Assembly (NCBI GenBank): GCA_004022145.1
Contig: RCNU01000002.1
DNA: 64,000 bases
Direction: 5' to 3' (one strand)
Origin: Paecilomyces variotii
Lineage: Eukaryota
Below are positions 1-11,825 of the stretch, in pieces (within the stretch, counting starts at the first letter, position 1; the number at the start of each line of letters is the position of its first letter). The translations under genes and the position numbers were made by a program. The notes under the pieces were generated by a model that saw only the letters and a list, made by a program, of their open reading frames with translations, was not told the origin of the DNA and searched no databases.

Positions 1-1055
1 TCTCACGGTACGAATCGATCGCATCCATCCTTTCTCGAATCTCGCAGAACGGCCAACTGATAAGGAGTCCAGCTTTTGCATTGCGCCTCTCGATGTCGTT
101 AAGATCAGATTGCAGTTGCAGATCCATTCGTTATCGGATCCTTCTTCGATCCATGGCCTCAAAGGTCCGGTGTATAAGGGGACGCTCCCTACAATGCGAG
201 CGATCATCCGTGAGGAGGGATTGACTGTACGTCTTATCCATCTTTACGTGCGCAATTGCTGGAAACAGATAGATTGCGAAATGGCTTAGAGATATGTATC
301 TGGGCTGACAAAATTGATTGTTCCAATAGGGGCTTTGGAAAGGCAACATTCCCGCAGAACTCCTCTACGTCTGCTACGGCGGCATCCAATTCACCACCTA
401 CCGTACAACAACCCAAGCGCTGTCGAAACTAGACCCGCACCGCCTACCTCCCTCCGTCGAATCTTTTATCTCAGGCGCCTTCGCCGGTGGTGTTGCGACC
501 GCAGCCACTTATCCTCTTGACCTATTGCGCACGCGCTTTGCAGCGCAGGGGAAGGAGCGTGTCTATACCTCCCTCTGGTCCTCCGTACGGGACATTGCTC
601 GGTACGAGGGGCCGCTGGGCTTTTTCCGCGGATGCAGTGCAGCTGTCGGACAGATTGTGCCATATATGGGCCTTTTCTTCACAACATACGAGACCCTACG
701 GCCATCAATGGCATCGTTCAACGACTACCTGCCCTTCGGATCCGGGGATGCCGCCGCCGGTGTAGTCGCGAGCGTGCTGGCCAAGACAGGCGTATTCCCA
801 TTGGATCTAGTCAGGAAGCGATTGCAAGTGCAGGGGCCAACCAGGTCGAAATACGTGCACGCGAATATCCCGGAATATCGCGGAGTTTTCAAGACAATCC
901 AGCTGATCCTTCGGACACAGGGGGTACGCGGGTTGTATCGAGGCTTGACCGTGAGCCTGTTCAAGGCGGCACCCGCAAGCGCGGTCACTATGTGGACATA
1001 TGAGCACGCCTTGAAGACTCTTCGCGAGATGGATATCGCGAGCGAGAAAAATTAG
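1..1055 (+). CDS. TPC1: Mitochondrial thiamine pyrophosphate carrier (SLC25 family), 5'-truncated by the window edge
   Basis: Spliced reading [18 protein letters not shown]...[26 protein letters not shown]...[14 protein letters not shown]...[14 protein letters not shown] gives three PxDxxK/R carrier repeats. Introns 8-72 and 227-329 (GT..AG, CTGAC/CTGAT branch). Stop at 1055. Confidence 0.92.
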
Positions 1056-1542
1056 ATTTCTTTTGTTCCTTTTTACCTTTTCTTCCCGGCGTTTTTTCAC
1101 TGTTTTCCTTTTTAACTTTTGCAGCACCACATGTACAACACAACACAGATAAGAGCGTTCGTTGTTAGTTTCTTTCTTTTTACTACTGGGTCTCAACCCC
1201 AGCACCGGATAGATATATAAAAGAGGTACGATAGAAGACCATATCTAATTCTTAATCAATTTCTTTGTTCTTACAGCTACATGCAACTCGATGTCACACA
1301 TGCCCAGAAAGGTTAGAAAGAAAAAGTCTCGAATAGAAGGAGCTGGAACCGCAAAAGCAGAAACAATAAAGGGCTGTCTTTCTCGACTGGTCCCGAAGGA
1401 GAGGAAAGATGATGTCCAAACACACAAGGGTATGGTTCCATTCACAGGAAGTATAAGACACACCAAGCCATTTGGGGGGGAATATGGGAACAGCGAATGG
1501 CCAGAAATATTCTTCAAAATTACGCAATCATCATCACTCCGA

Positions 1543-3355
1543 TTAGTATTCGACACCCTCCTCGTCTTCCTCGGGACCGAGGTTGTCGCTCGCGACCTCC
1601 TCGTAGTCCTTCTCGAGGGCGGCCAGATCCTCGCGGGCCTCCGAGAACTCACCTTCCTCCATACCCTCACCGACGTACCAGTGGACGAAGGCACGCTTGG
1701 AGTACATGAGGTCGAACTTGTGGTCGAGACGGTTCCAGGCCTCGGAAATGGCGGTCGTGTTGGACAGCATGCTGACGGAGCGGTCGACAGGCGCCAGCTC
1801 ACTGTCGGGGACACGCATGGGCTTCTGGTAGTTAATACCGATCTTGAAACCAGTCGGGCACCACTCAACCAGGTTGAAGGACGCCCTGGCCTTGACGGAG
1901 GCAATGGCCGCGGTGCAGTCACGGGTGACAACGTCACCACGGTACAGCAGAGCCACGGCCATGTACTTGCCGTTGCGGGGGTCGCAGACAACCATCTGGT
2001 TGTTAGGCTCGAAGCCTGTGGTAAAAGATTAAAAGTCAGACAGCTACTTAATATCATGGGTATAAATGGTCCAACACGTACACTGGAAGGTCAAGTCGGA
2101 GACCTTGAAGCTCTCGTGGGAGCTCTTGTTGCTGGAGACAACAGGAGCGTAAGAGATCAGAGGGTAGTGGATACGAGGGTACGGGACCAGGTTGGTCTGG
2201 AACTCGTTGAGGTCGACGTTCAGGGCACCGTCGAAGCGCAGACTGGAAGTGATGGAGCTGACGACCTGAGCGATGAGGCGGTTCAGGTGCTCGTAGCTGG
2301 GACGGGGGATGTCAAGGTTACGACGGCAGATGTCGTAAACAGCCTCATTGTCGACCAGGAAGGTACAGTCAGAGTTCTCGATGGTGCTGTGGGTGGACAG
2401 GACTGCATTGTAGGGCTCGACAACGGCCGTAGACACCTGGGGGGCAGGGTACACAGCAAACTCGAGCTTGCACTTCTTGCCGTAGTCCGTGGCAAGACGC
2501 TCCAGCAGGAGCGCACCAAAACCGGAACCGGTACCACCACCGAAGGAGTGGAAGATCAGGAAGCCCTGCAGCGAGGTGCAGTTGTCTACACAGATCAGCC
2601 CAACGCCATTACATCTCCAGGGGCAGGAGACCTACCGGCCATACGGCGAATACGGTCAATAACACCATCAGCCAGCTCCTTTCCGATGGTGTAGTGACCA
2701 CGAGCATCTGCACATATTAGCGGGGACGTTCCTCCATCGAGTCCAAAGGTTTCTCCATACAGTTGTTGGCAGCATCCTCCTTGCCGTTGATCAGCATCTC
2801 TGGGTGGAAGAGCTGGCGGTACTCTCCAGTGCGAATCTCATCGACAGGCTGCGACAGTCAGCCAATGTGCCCCTCCTGATTTTTCTTTTGTCTCCATGCG
2901 TGCAATGCGTACCGAAGGGTCGAGGTCGACGAAGATAGAGCGAGGCACATATTTGCCGTTGCTAGTCTCGGTGAAGAAGGTCTCGTAGGAGCCAGTTTCA
3001 CCAATGTCGCCCGCGTCAGGGTCCAGGCGACCATCAGCCTTCAATCCATGTTCCAGCAGGTACCTAACCGAAGCAATCAGTTTGACTTGATACTCTCAGG
3101 ACACTGAAGGTGGAATGGCGGTGAAACACATACAGCTCCCAAGCGCTGTTACCCAGCTGGATACCGGCCTGACCGATGTGGATGTGGCAGATCTAAATAT
3201 ATATAGATATATATCAGTATACTGGGCGTATCAAAGATGTTGCTGTCGTGTTGAATGGCTCGAACGCTCCCCGCAGAGCATGTCGATATGCGCTCAGGGG
3301 TTCAACGGGGGGAAGTAAATATCAACATTCCGTGCATTCGTACCTCGCCTCTCAT
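1543..3355 (-). CDS. tubB: Alpha-tubulin, alpha-2 (tubB) type, multi-exon
   Basis: Exon 1 MRGE (3344-3355), exon 2 [20 protein letters not shown] (3134-3192), then [20 protein letters not shown] loop, [13 protein letters not shown], and C-terminus ...EEDEEGVEY. The MRGE start with an extra Gly is characteristic of Aspergillus tubB. Confidence 0.95.
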
Positions 3356-6300
3356 GATGAATGATGGTAGTGCTAATTGCAAGAGAAAAACACGGCGGTC
3401 AGCTTAGACGTCCAGCGTCAACCACGTCGAGATCAAGACGAACCTGAATGAGAAAAATAAAATCCCAGATGGAGAGATGGAGAATAAAGGTGAGCTGGAG
3501 ACGTAGAGGGGGCAGACCGTGCCAGCGGTGGGCTGCCCGTCAACAAGCCTCGCGAACCAGCCAATGAGCGGCTGCCAGCTGCCCCTGACCAGCCAGCTCT
3601 ACCACGGCTCGCAACAGGCACTCCCGATGCTCTTCCATGGCTATATATACAGCTAGATAGAGCAAGTAGCTATCTGTATCAGACGCTGGCTGCAAAAATG
3701 ACTCTCGTGTCCGACAGCTGGTGACATGTATAGCTAAGGCCTGCGAGACATTCTGTCGGGAATGCACGTGGGAACGTGGTATGGGCGGGCGGAATGCGGG
3801 TTTCCCTCGTGCGCCCCGGACGTTGAGAGAGCAGATTCAGGCTTCAGCAGAGAGTACGGAGTAGTTATGTATACTCCGCTTAACTAGTTCAACCTCTATT
3901 CTTGCTTTGATAATAACCCCGTGTCTAATCTCGTCCAACTGGCGGGCCACGATTGGGAGATCTAGGTGCCTCAGGCCCGAGAAAGAATGCCCGCCACCAT
4001 GAGAGAGCATCTTATGTTCCCATACCTAACAACAGCCGATGAAGAACCTCCAATCTTCTCCATACGACGTCTCCATCATAATATCTTCCGTAAATCTTGC
4101 GCCTCTAACGATCACGGCGCTGCGGAGAAGCAAAGCATCGACGACCCCCGGAACCGGATTGTTCTCAATTAACTGACATGGCTCAATGGACAAGACGCAA
4201 GATCTCCAAAAACGGTGCATACAACCAGATCGCTGCTGGATGAACCGTGCTACGCTAGAAAACGTCCTGCTTTCCATTGCGGAGTATTCAAGTTCCTAAA
4301 GGGTCTCTGAACGAGGAGTGGTCAAGGCTTCATCACCGTCCTGGAAATTGGACTCGAAGTCGACCGTCTGTTGATTCTCATCTGTGGATAAAAGCATCCT
4401 ATGCGAAGACTCGAAGCACTGCTTGGCATGAAACGAACACTCTCCTATGGTTGGTGCGGTATGATGGGATCTTCATTTTCACAGTCGAAGAGACCAAGTT
4501 CACAGGGCAAATATTGCCGATGCGGAACGAATCCGATTCAGCGTCAATTCCTCGCTTCTTCTCTGATAATGGAATGGGTAAACTAGCAGATCTTGGGCGT
4601 GGTACGTAGTTAGATAGTGCACATCTCGATTACGGGCTGCGCTACACGCAAAGATCAGCGCTCCCTCGGCTGGCATCGTTTTTGGAAGCTGTAATTTGTT
4701 TTTATTGTTACTTGTTCATGCACTCGACTTCACGGTCTAGGGGGACGTTCCTTAGTGAACTGACTAGGGCAATAAAGCGAAAGTTTATTCGACTCGTAAA
4801 ACTCCGCTTCCATTCACATCCAACCACACCATACGGTCATCACATGGCTGCATCTGTAGGTGATCGAATGCGGAGAAAATACTATCAACGAGAGGACGTG
4901 GTACTGTACAATTTACACCAGTATAGCAGGGTTATAACCATCAAAACGACTGATCTGCTGACGTGAACCACAAAGGAAGCCTCGCTCGAAGTTACCGTCA
5001 TTCAGTAAGCCACATTGCTCTTGGCAATGGGCGTCATAGCAAGGAACTCTGCGTGCGTATCGAGTCCCAGGGTGACGAAGACGACAAATGGTTTCCACGT
5101 CGATACCAGGGAAATTCTCGAGGTCAGGTAAGTAGAGCCTGATATTGAGAGTAGATAGAATGTACGCAGCGGACGGTCGTACAGCCTTTCCCTACCTTCG
5201 GTTCTGCGGTCCGTTGGAGAAGTCGCCTTTAATCCTGGAGAAGTCGGTGTGGTGGATGGATGGTAGTAGTAGTAGACTAGTCAACTTGCGAGCGAAAAAA
5301 GAAAGTTACCCGCGACTCCGATAGTCAGCGATGATCCGAAACAGCTCTGGAGACTAAAATAACCTATTGCCGGTTATCTTTCTGTTGGGTCCTCGCTTAA
5401 CTATCTGCCGTCTATCATAGCGTCGGATCCCGTCCCAAGACGCTGTACTCCGTATACAGTGTCGGCATCTGAATAGCAATATAACGACCGCAGTGGAGTA
5501 AAAACTACGGTGCAATACTGTTTTCTCGTGAGTACGCAACATGTGCATACCGTATACTGTATTATTATTAGAACTCCCGAGAGAGTGATTGGCAGGTCCA
5601 GACCCCTTGGTTGGAACAACCTTCAGGCCGTGCCTGGTGGTGGCGTCGAGGCTGGCGGTAGCGGCCCCTGTGGCTGTTTGGAGTGTGGAAACACAGAACG
5701 GGGAACATCAGCCCAGCGGGGAGGTTAATATTAATATTAATTATTATTGCGAATCTCTAACATGAGAAGCAGGGGGGTGCTTTCAGGGTACTCTGGAGTC
5801 TGGAGTCTGGAATCGAGATAGAGATGAAGGCTAGAATCGACGTTGGTGGCTTTTCGGGTCGAGAAACGCGATGAAACATCCGTGACCAGCCAACCAGATA
5901 TCCCTTGGGGTCTCCAACGTCATGGGCTGGGCCCTGAGGACAACCGCGGTCAGAAGGAGTAATGAATAATGATAATAATAATAGTAGTAGTAGTAGTAGC
6001 CTTAGTTACTCACAGAGGACATCCATCCAGCAGACACAGACCGTTACTCCACAGAAGAGACTCAACGTCGTGGAGATTGTGGAATGGGGAACCAGCGGTA
6101 ACCGTTTGCAAAGCAAGATTGTCTGAGGAAGACGTTCTTAGCATAATGATATCCACACAGGTAATAATAATAATAACAATAATGAGTGAGATTCTGGCTC
6201 ACTACTGCCTCCGACTCCTTAATATCATTATTATTCTCGTTCCGGCTCACTCACTACCTGGAAATTAACGGTGACAACGGTGACGACTGGTGACAGCCGT

Positions 6301-7086
6301 CAAGCGGGCTGATCAAAAGAGAGTATCACATCGGCCAAACCAGTCGAGACTCGCGAACGGACCGCGCAGTGGGACGGACTGTAGTCTTGAGTATATCTGG
6401 GAACTGCAGCACGGCTGAGGCGGAAAAGTTTGATCGCGATCGCAGGACAGTCGATGGACGAACAAGAACCGCTCATCTCCACCGCCAAGCTCGGCCGTCG
6501 TGGACCTCTGTCGTCTACCATCTCCCACTTCATCGCTTCTCCCAGGTTCACCTCGACGGCCAGACCCTATCACAATGCTCGCAACTCGAGTACTGGCACC
6601 CCGCCGCGTAGGGCCTCGAAGATGGTCCCGAACGAAAATGCCTGTACTTATGCCGGCTCCCGATCTATGGTACAGTACCATGTCCACAGCCCCCAGGCCT
6701 TCCCCATCCATCCCAGCTCTATCTTTGGTCTCTCTATCCGTCGCCGCCACGGCTCGCCTCTCTTGCGTTCTGCAAGCCATCCCCGAGCTGCCTCCACCGG
6801 GCCTTTGTCGCTGATCTTTCTTCTGCTCTCGCGGTCCTCCCCCCCCCCCCCCCCCCTTCTTTTCCTGGCAGATACTTAATTGTCCATCTTGGTCTGCTTC
6901 AAGAAAACCCGTTGGCAGGGTTGATTGTTCTATGCTGGGAATCGTTCTTTACCCCACAGTCGTTACCCTTGTTCTGGACCAGTCTGTTGTAGTGGTCAAC
7001 GCAGATACCCTCGACCGAGTTGGGGATTCACTTCCTCGTCTCTAGTTCCTCTTGTCTTGTGGAATAGACGGTCCGGAGTCGACGCC

Positions 7087-9954
7087 ATGTCGACTCCCAC
7101 GGAGGAACTCAACGACCCCAAGTACACAGAAGCGGGAAAGAGGGACAGAAACAGCGCGGACAACTCTCCATCAGACGATGGCACCTTCATTGGTGAAGGG
7201 CCAGCAGAGCCCAACGAGACCAACGAATCCAACGAGCCCAACCGCAACTACTTGAACATCGACACCATCGACGTACCTCCTCCGCCGCTAAGGGTTGAGC
7301 CTTCGCCATCCCAGGCTCGTGAGCAAGCCAAGCGGCTGGAGGATGATCTCGCCCTGTTGGAGGCCGAGAGGACCGCTGCTGCCAGCACCAGCCAGCTGGA
7401 CGAAGGTGGGAGCGGACGCTCAACATCAATGAACCGGTCTCGCTCGCACAAGTCCGAGCCGATAGACGAGTTTGATGCAGCGACGAACCCGCTGCATGAG
7501 ACGGCTGCTCGTTACACGCCTCCGGAGAATCCAACCACTAATTTCGCCAAATTCTTCATCAAAGTCCATCAATCCAATCTCTTCGTCCGCTACTTCACCT
7601 ATATCGTCCCTGTCGTTTTGTTGCTGCTCATTCCGCTCCTGGTGGGCGCACTACGCTTCAAAACCGCCAATGTCGGCGGTGTCGAGCTAGTTTGGTTCTC
7701 GGTTTGGTTGGAAATTGTCTGGTTGACACTATGGGCAGGCAGAATCGCCGCCAAGTGCCTTCCCGGGCCCATTGGGATCATTTCTACTATTTTCACCAAT
7801 AATTCGAAGAAGTGGCGCGATCTCGGAAAATCGCTCGAATTGCCGGCGACGTTGTTCTTCTGGTGGTTGGGTGTGGAAATTTCATTCCTTCCTACTATGA
7901 AGAACCATCACATCGACGGCAATACAACAACGCGGGGTTGGGAAATCACCGTGAATAAGATCATTGTCTCGATCTTTGTGGGGACGATCCTCAACTTTAT
8001 CGAAAAAATCATCATCCAGTTGATCGCCATCAGCTTCCATCTTCGTACCTACGCGGACCGCATTGAGATCAACAAATTCCAGATCGGGAGTTTGACCAAG
8101 CTCTACGCTTACTCGAAGCAGATCATTGCTATGGAAGACACCGAGTTTGAGCAGCATGACGAGAAGAAGTCTGGTGTCAGAACACCGCTAAAGTACGCCA
8201 GTAAAGCCCAGAAGGCCGCCAGAGGTGCTCTCAACAAAGTTGGGGACGTCGCTGGTGGCGTAGTTGGTGATTTCACTGGCAAGAAGGTGAACAACAGTTC
8301 GCATCCGCACCAGGTCATCCTGGCACTGCTCAGCACCACGTCGGGCAGTCAGGTCCTGGCACGACGTCTGTACCGGACCTTTGTCCGTGAGGGCTTCGAT
8401 ACTGTCTTCTCCGGTGATCTCAAGTCGGCCTTTGACAATTCGGAGGAGGCAGAGGCAGCGTTTGCCATGTTCGACAAGGACATGAACGGCGATATCTCCA
8501 TGGAGGAACTGGAGGCTGTGTGTGTCGAGATCGGACGGGAGCGGAAATCGATCACCGCATCCTTGAAAGATCTGGACTCTGTCGTGTCCAAGCTCGATGA
8601 TGTGTTCTTTTTCATCGTCCTCGTCATTACGATTCTTGTCTTCCTGTCGTTGATCTCTACGTCGGCTGCTGGCGTTCTCACGTCTGCCGGTTCTACAATT
8701 CTGGCTTTGTCCTGGCTCTTCTCCGCCACAGCCCAGGAGTTCCTCCAGTCCGTTATCTTCGTCTTCGTCAAGCATCCTTTTGATGTTGGTGACCGTGTGA
8801 CTATCTATGGTAGCACCGGGGCTACCTTGACTGGGGACGACTATTTCGTCAAGGAGATCGCCCTTCTATACACGGAATTTAAGAAGATGGAGGGTCATGT
8901 CGTCCAGGCGCCGAACAGTTACCTCAACACACTGTTCATCCTGAATCAGCGTCGTTCCGGAGGTCTTGCAGAAGCTGTTCCCATTACTATCAAGTTTGGC
9001 ACGACCTTGGAGCAGATCGACGCCCTTCGTCAGCGACTTCTTGAGTTTGTTCGCAGCGAGAAGCGCGAATACCAAGGCAATATCCTGACTGAGCTTCGTA
9101 CGGTCACCGAGAACTTCTCCATCACGCTCAATGTCGTCTTCTTCTATAAGTCGAACTGGCAGAACGAATTGCTCCGTCTGCAACGCCGCAACAAGTTTAT
9201 CTGTATGCTTATGGTATCGCTTCAGGAGATTGGTATCGAGGGACCTCGCATGAACCTGTCTGGTTACCGTGTCGACATGCCCGTACATGTGACGCACCAC
9301 AATGCTCCCCCCACGTACAGTGCAGCGACCCAAGGCAGCCTACCGCCAGGCTCAGCTGGCAGCGACTTTAGTTCCCCTTCCGCTGTCCATCCCGGTAACC
9401 CTCCTGGCTCCAGCGGTAGTATCCGTCCCAGCCACTCCATTCTGCGGAAGGGAAGTGACGTGGCCGCTGCTCGCGCCCGTGGCGAAGCTATCTCGCCCCA
9501 CAAACATGTCGATTTCTCTCTTGGTATGCAAAATGTGGCTGCGGAAGATCTCATGGGTGATGTGTATTCGGACCGTGGCAATTCAAAGTACAATGAGATT
9601 GTTCGCAGCACCAACCGTGAATCTGCGGAGCGACGACTACAGGAGGTTCGTGAAGAGGAAGATCGCCAGCGTTCTTTGTCTCGACAGCGAAGCATCCTTT
9701 CCAACCAGAGCGGCCCTCATGCCGCAGGAGGAATCGAGGCTCGTGAGTCTGTAGATGCTGGTAGCCGCACCAGTTTCTCGTCTTCGGTCCGTCGCAACCG
9801 GTTCTTCCACCGCCAACCCCAGGCAGTCGAACATGAGGACCTCATGGAACAGGGCCGTGTTGAACAGCCCGAGCATATTGACCCTCGCACCGGTACCGTC
9901 TCTCGGGCGGCTGTGCGCGATGATTCCGTCTCTGCGGCGTCTCACCAGTACTAG
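7087..9954 (+). CDS. MscS-family mechanosensitive channel with EF-hand (Msy1/Msy2-like)
   Basis: Intronless ORF from ATG 7087 (the ORF-track TTG extension from 6925 is unlikely). Several TM helices, EF-hand [12 protein letters not shown], MscS core [12 protein letters not shown] and [19 protein letters not shown]. Confidence 0.92.
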   Translation: MSTPTEELNDPKYTEAGKRDRNSADNSPSDDGTFIGEGPAEPNETNESNEPNRNYLNIDTIDVPPPPLRVEPSPSQAREQAKRLEDDLALLEAERTAAASTSQLDEGGSGRSTSMNRSRSHKSEPIDEFDAATNPLHETAARYTPPENPTTNFAKFFIKVHQSNLFVRYFTYIVPVVLLLLIPLLVGALRFKTANVGGVELVWFSVWLEIVWLTLWAGRIAAKCLPGPIGIISTIFTNNSKKWRDLGKSLELPATLFFWWLGVEISFLPTMKNHHIDGNTTTRGWEITVNKIIVSIFVGTILNFIEKIIIQLIAISFHLRTYADRIEINKFQIGSLTKLYAYSKQIIAMEDTEFEQHDEKKSGVRTPLKYASKAQKAARGALNKVGDVAGGVVGDFTGKKVNNSSHPHQVILALLSTTSGSQVLARRLYRTFVREGFDTVFSGDLKSAFDNSEEAEAAFAMFDKDMNGDISMEELEAVCVEIGRERKSITASLKDLDSVVSKLDDVFFFIVLVITILVFLSLISTSAAGVLTSAGSTILALSWLFSATAQEFLQSVIFVFVKHPFDVGDRVTIYGSTGATLTGDDYFVKEIALLYTEFKKMEGHVVQAPNSYLNTLFILNQRRSGGLAEAVPITIKFGTTLEQIDALRQRLLEFVRSEKREYQGNILTELRTVTENFSITLNVVFFYKSNWQNELLRLQRRNKFICMLMVSLQEIGIEGPRMNLSGYRVDMPVHVTHHNAPPTYSAATQGSLPPGSAGSDFSSPSAVHPGNPPGSSGSIRPSHSILRKGSDVAAARARGEAISPHKHVDFSLGMQNVAAEDLMGDVYSDRGNSKYNEIVRSTNRESAERRLQEVREEEDRQRSLSRQRSILSNQSGPHAAGGIEARESVDAGSRTSFSSSVRRNRFFHRQPQAVEHEDLMEQGRVEQPEHIDPRTGTVSRAAVRDDSVSAASHQY

Positions 9955-11825
9955 GGGCCGTGAGGATGTATATCCCTCCCTGTTACTCCTTTCTTGCTAA
10001 TACTTCACATCATATACCGTTCTGCTTTAATGAGTAACCATACCCCTCCTGTGATTATGTTGTTGATGTCTAGCGCTTCCTGCCCGTTGCGGCACTACGC
10101 TGTTTTTCTTCCCTCGAAATTCTCGATATGAGAATTTGTGTATGTACAATGTGAACGCTATATGTGTGATATGGTTTTTAAGAACTGGGCCATCTTGTCA
10201 TGTTCAATGTTTCATGTCTATTTTTCTTCTCCAAGGTCCCATAGAAATACTTCTTTTAGTTGGTACGCCCCATGAGGTGCATTTTTTTACATGCAAGTAC
10301 AGTCAGCTCCGCGCGACAGCTCGAGCATTATAGAGATAGTTAGAGACTTCTGGGAAATGATTACTAGAGATGATATGCTCTTCCATTTTCACTTTCTCCT
10401 ACCTACCTACCTACCTACCTAACCTACATAGCACAGCAAGGACGTACTTGTAACTCAGTCATCAGAGGGAGGGGGGATTAATTTTCCTTTCTCTCTAGCT
10501 CAGAATCCTAACCAGGAAATATCTAACATGCTACTACGCTACTATATTAGTAAAGAAAGTACCATCATGATTGATATCATTTGAACTCTTTCTTTCCTTT
10601 TTAACTTTGAGCTTATATCCTAGACTGTAATATGTATATGTATATGTGTGTTAACGCTACCGTGCAGAAGACAAGACAAGATGCAAGATGCACGATTCAA
10701 TCAGTACCATTAAACGCAGAGAAGAAAGCAGACGAAAAAAAAAAAAAGTAAGGCAGGAAGTATTTACTATTTCAAGACAATCAAGTACCATACAACTAGG
10801 TTACATAAATACCATAGGAGCTTATCATTACACACGTCGTTTTAACAAGATAGTTAGTTACATCAACAAAAAGTAATACAATTTCCCAATTTCTCTTCTG
10901 GAGAAACAACTATCCTTGGCGACTTCGCCTGGATGAAGTGAATTGAACAAGAGCAGTGGTAGATAGATAGATAGATACATACATACAGCAGAGAAGAGGT
11001 AATGGTAATATACTGTACTAGAAAAGAGAGGGGCAAGACAAACAAAAAGAGCCAAGAGAGAATAAGGACAAACGGCTTTCAAATCTCTAGCAGAAGATAG
11101 AACAGATCAGGACGAGAACACGCTTTCTTTCCCTTTTTATTCTTCCTGCTGTTGGAAAAGCTTTTCAATTCTCTCAAGTACCTTCTTTTTGGACACTTTT
11201 CGTTGTATTTTGGTACAGGCCGCTTTTCCACGGAAAACAAAAGAAAAGCGGCAGTGATTTTTCTTCTGAAAAAAAATTCCCCCATGAATGGGTCATTTTC
11301 TCTTCCAGATTTCCTTCTCTTCACTTTTTTTTTTGGGGTTGCTTTTTTGTTTACCTCGAAAACGATAAATCGGTGACTTACACAGTTCCTTCGGTCTTGG
11401 AACAGGCTGTAACAAACATCGCAGAGATGAGAGCACATGAGAAAACTAGGAGAGGAATTTGATAGCAGAATTGGAGAACAACCGACGGCAACTGGAGCCG
11501 AATCCGCCCAGCCCAAGAGCAAAACCTGAACACCCCGCTGGCTATGGATAAATAGTACCTGGACAAAAACCAACATAACAGGCCCGATTGTTTGAACATA
11601 GAAAATGAAGGGAAAAGGAAATGAGAATGATCGACACAGTACGATGGTGACAGGACAGAATGATAATTGGCATCAACAATAGACATAGAATGGAAAAGAA
11701 AAAAAGAAACAAGAGGTCAAGAGTGAAGTGGGCAGATGAGTCGTTAATTGGCTATTGCCAAGTCTAGTGGTAAAACAGATGATGGTAGTGATGGTCCCTT
11801 CTCCAGAGGACCACTTGAGAAGTTC

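Noticed and set aside
227-329. Possible TPP riboswitch in a TPC1 intron
   Set aside because: Fungal thiamine genes can carry one, but the CTGAGA and GATAA/GCG core elements are not visible in either intron.
1291-2694. 467-aa + strand ORF
   Set aside because: Antisense shadow of the codon-biased alpha-tubulin gene, with no protein-like motifs.
3966-5100. Short ORFs between tubB and MscS
   Set aside because: No motifs or consistent splice structure that I could recognise; a degenerate gene cannot be excluded.
6925-7086. N-terminal extension of the MscS ORF
   Set aside because: Starts at TTG and looks non-coding; ATG 7087 (GCCATG) is the better start.
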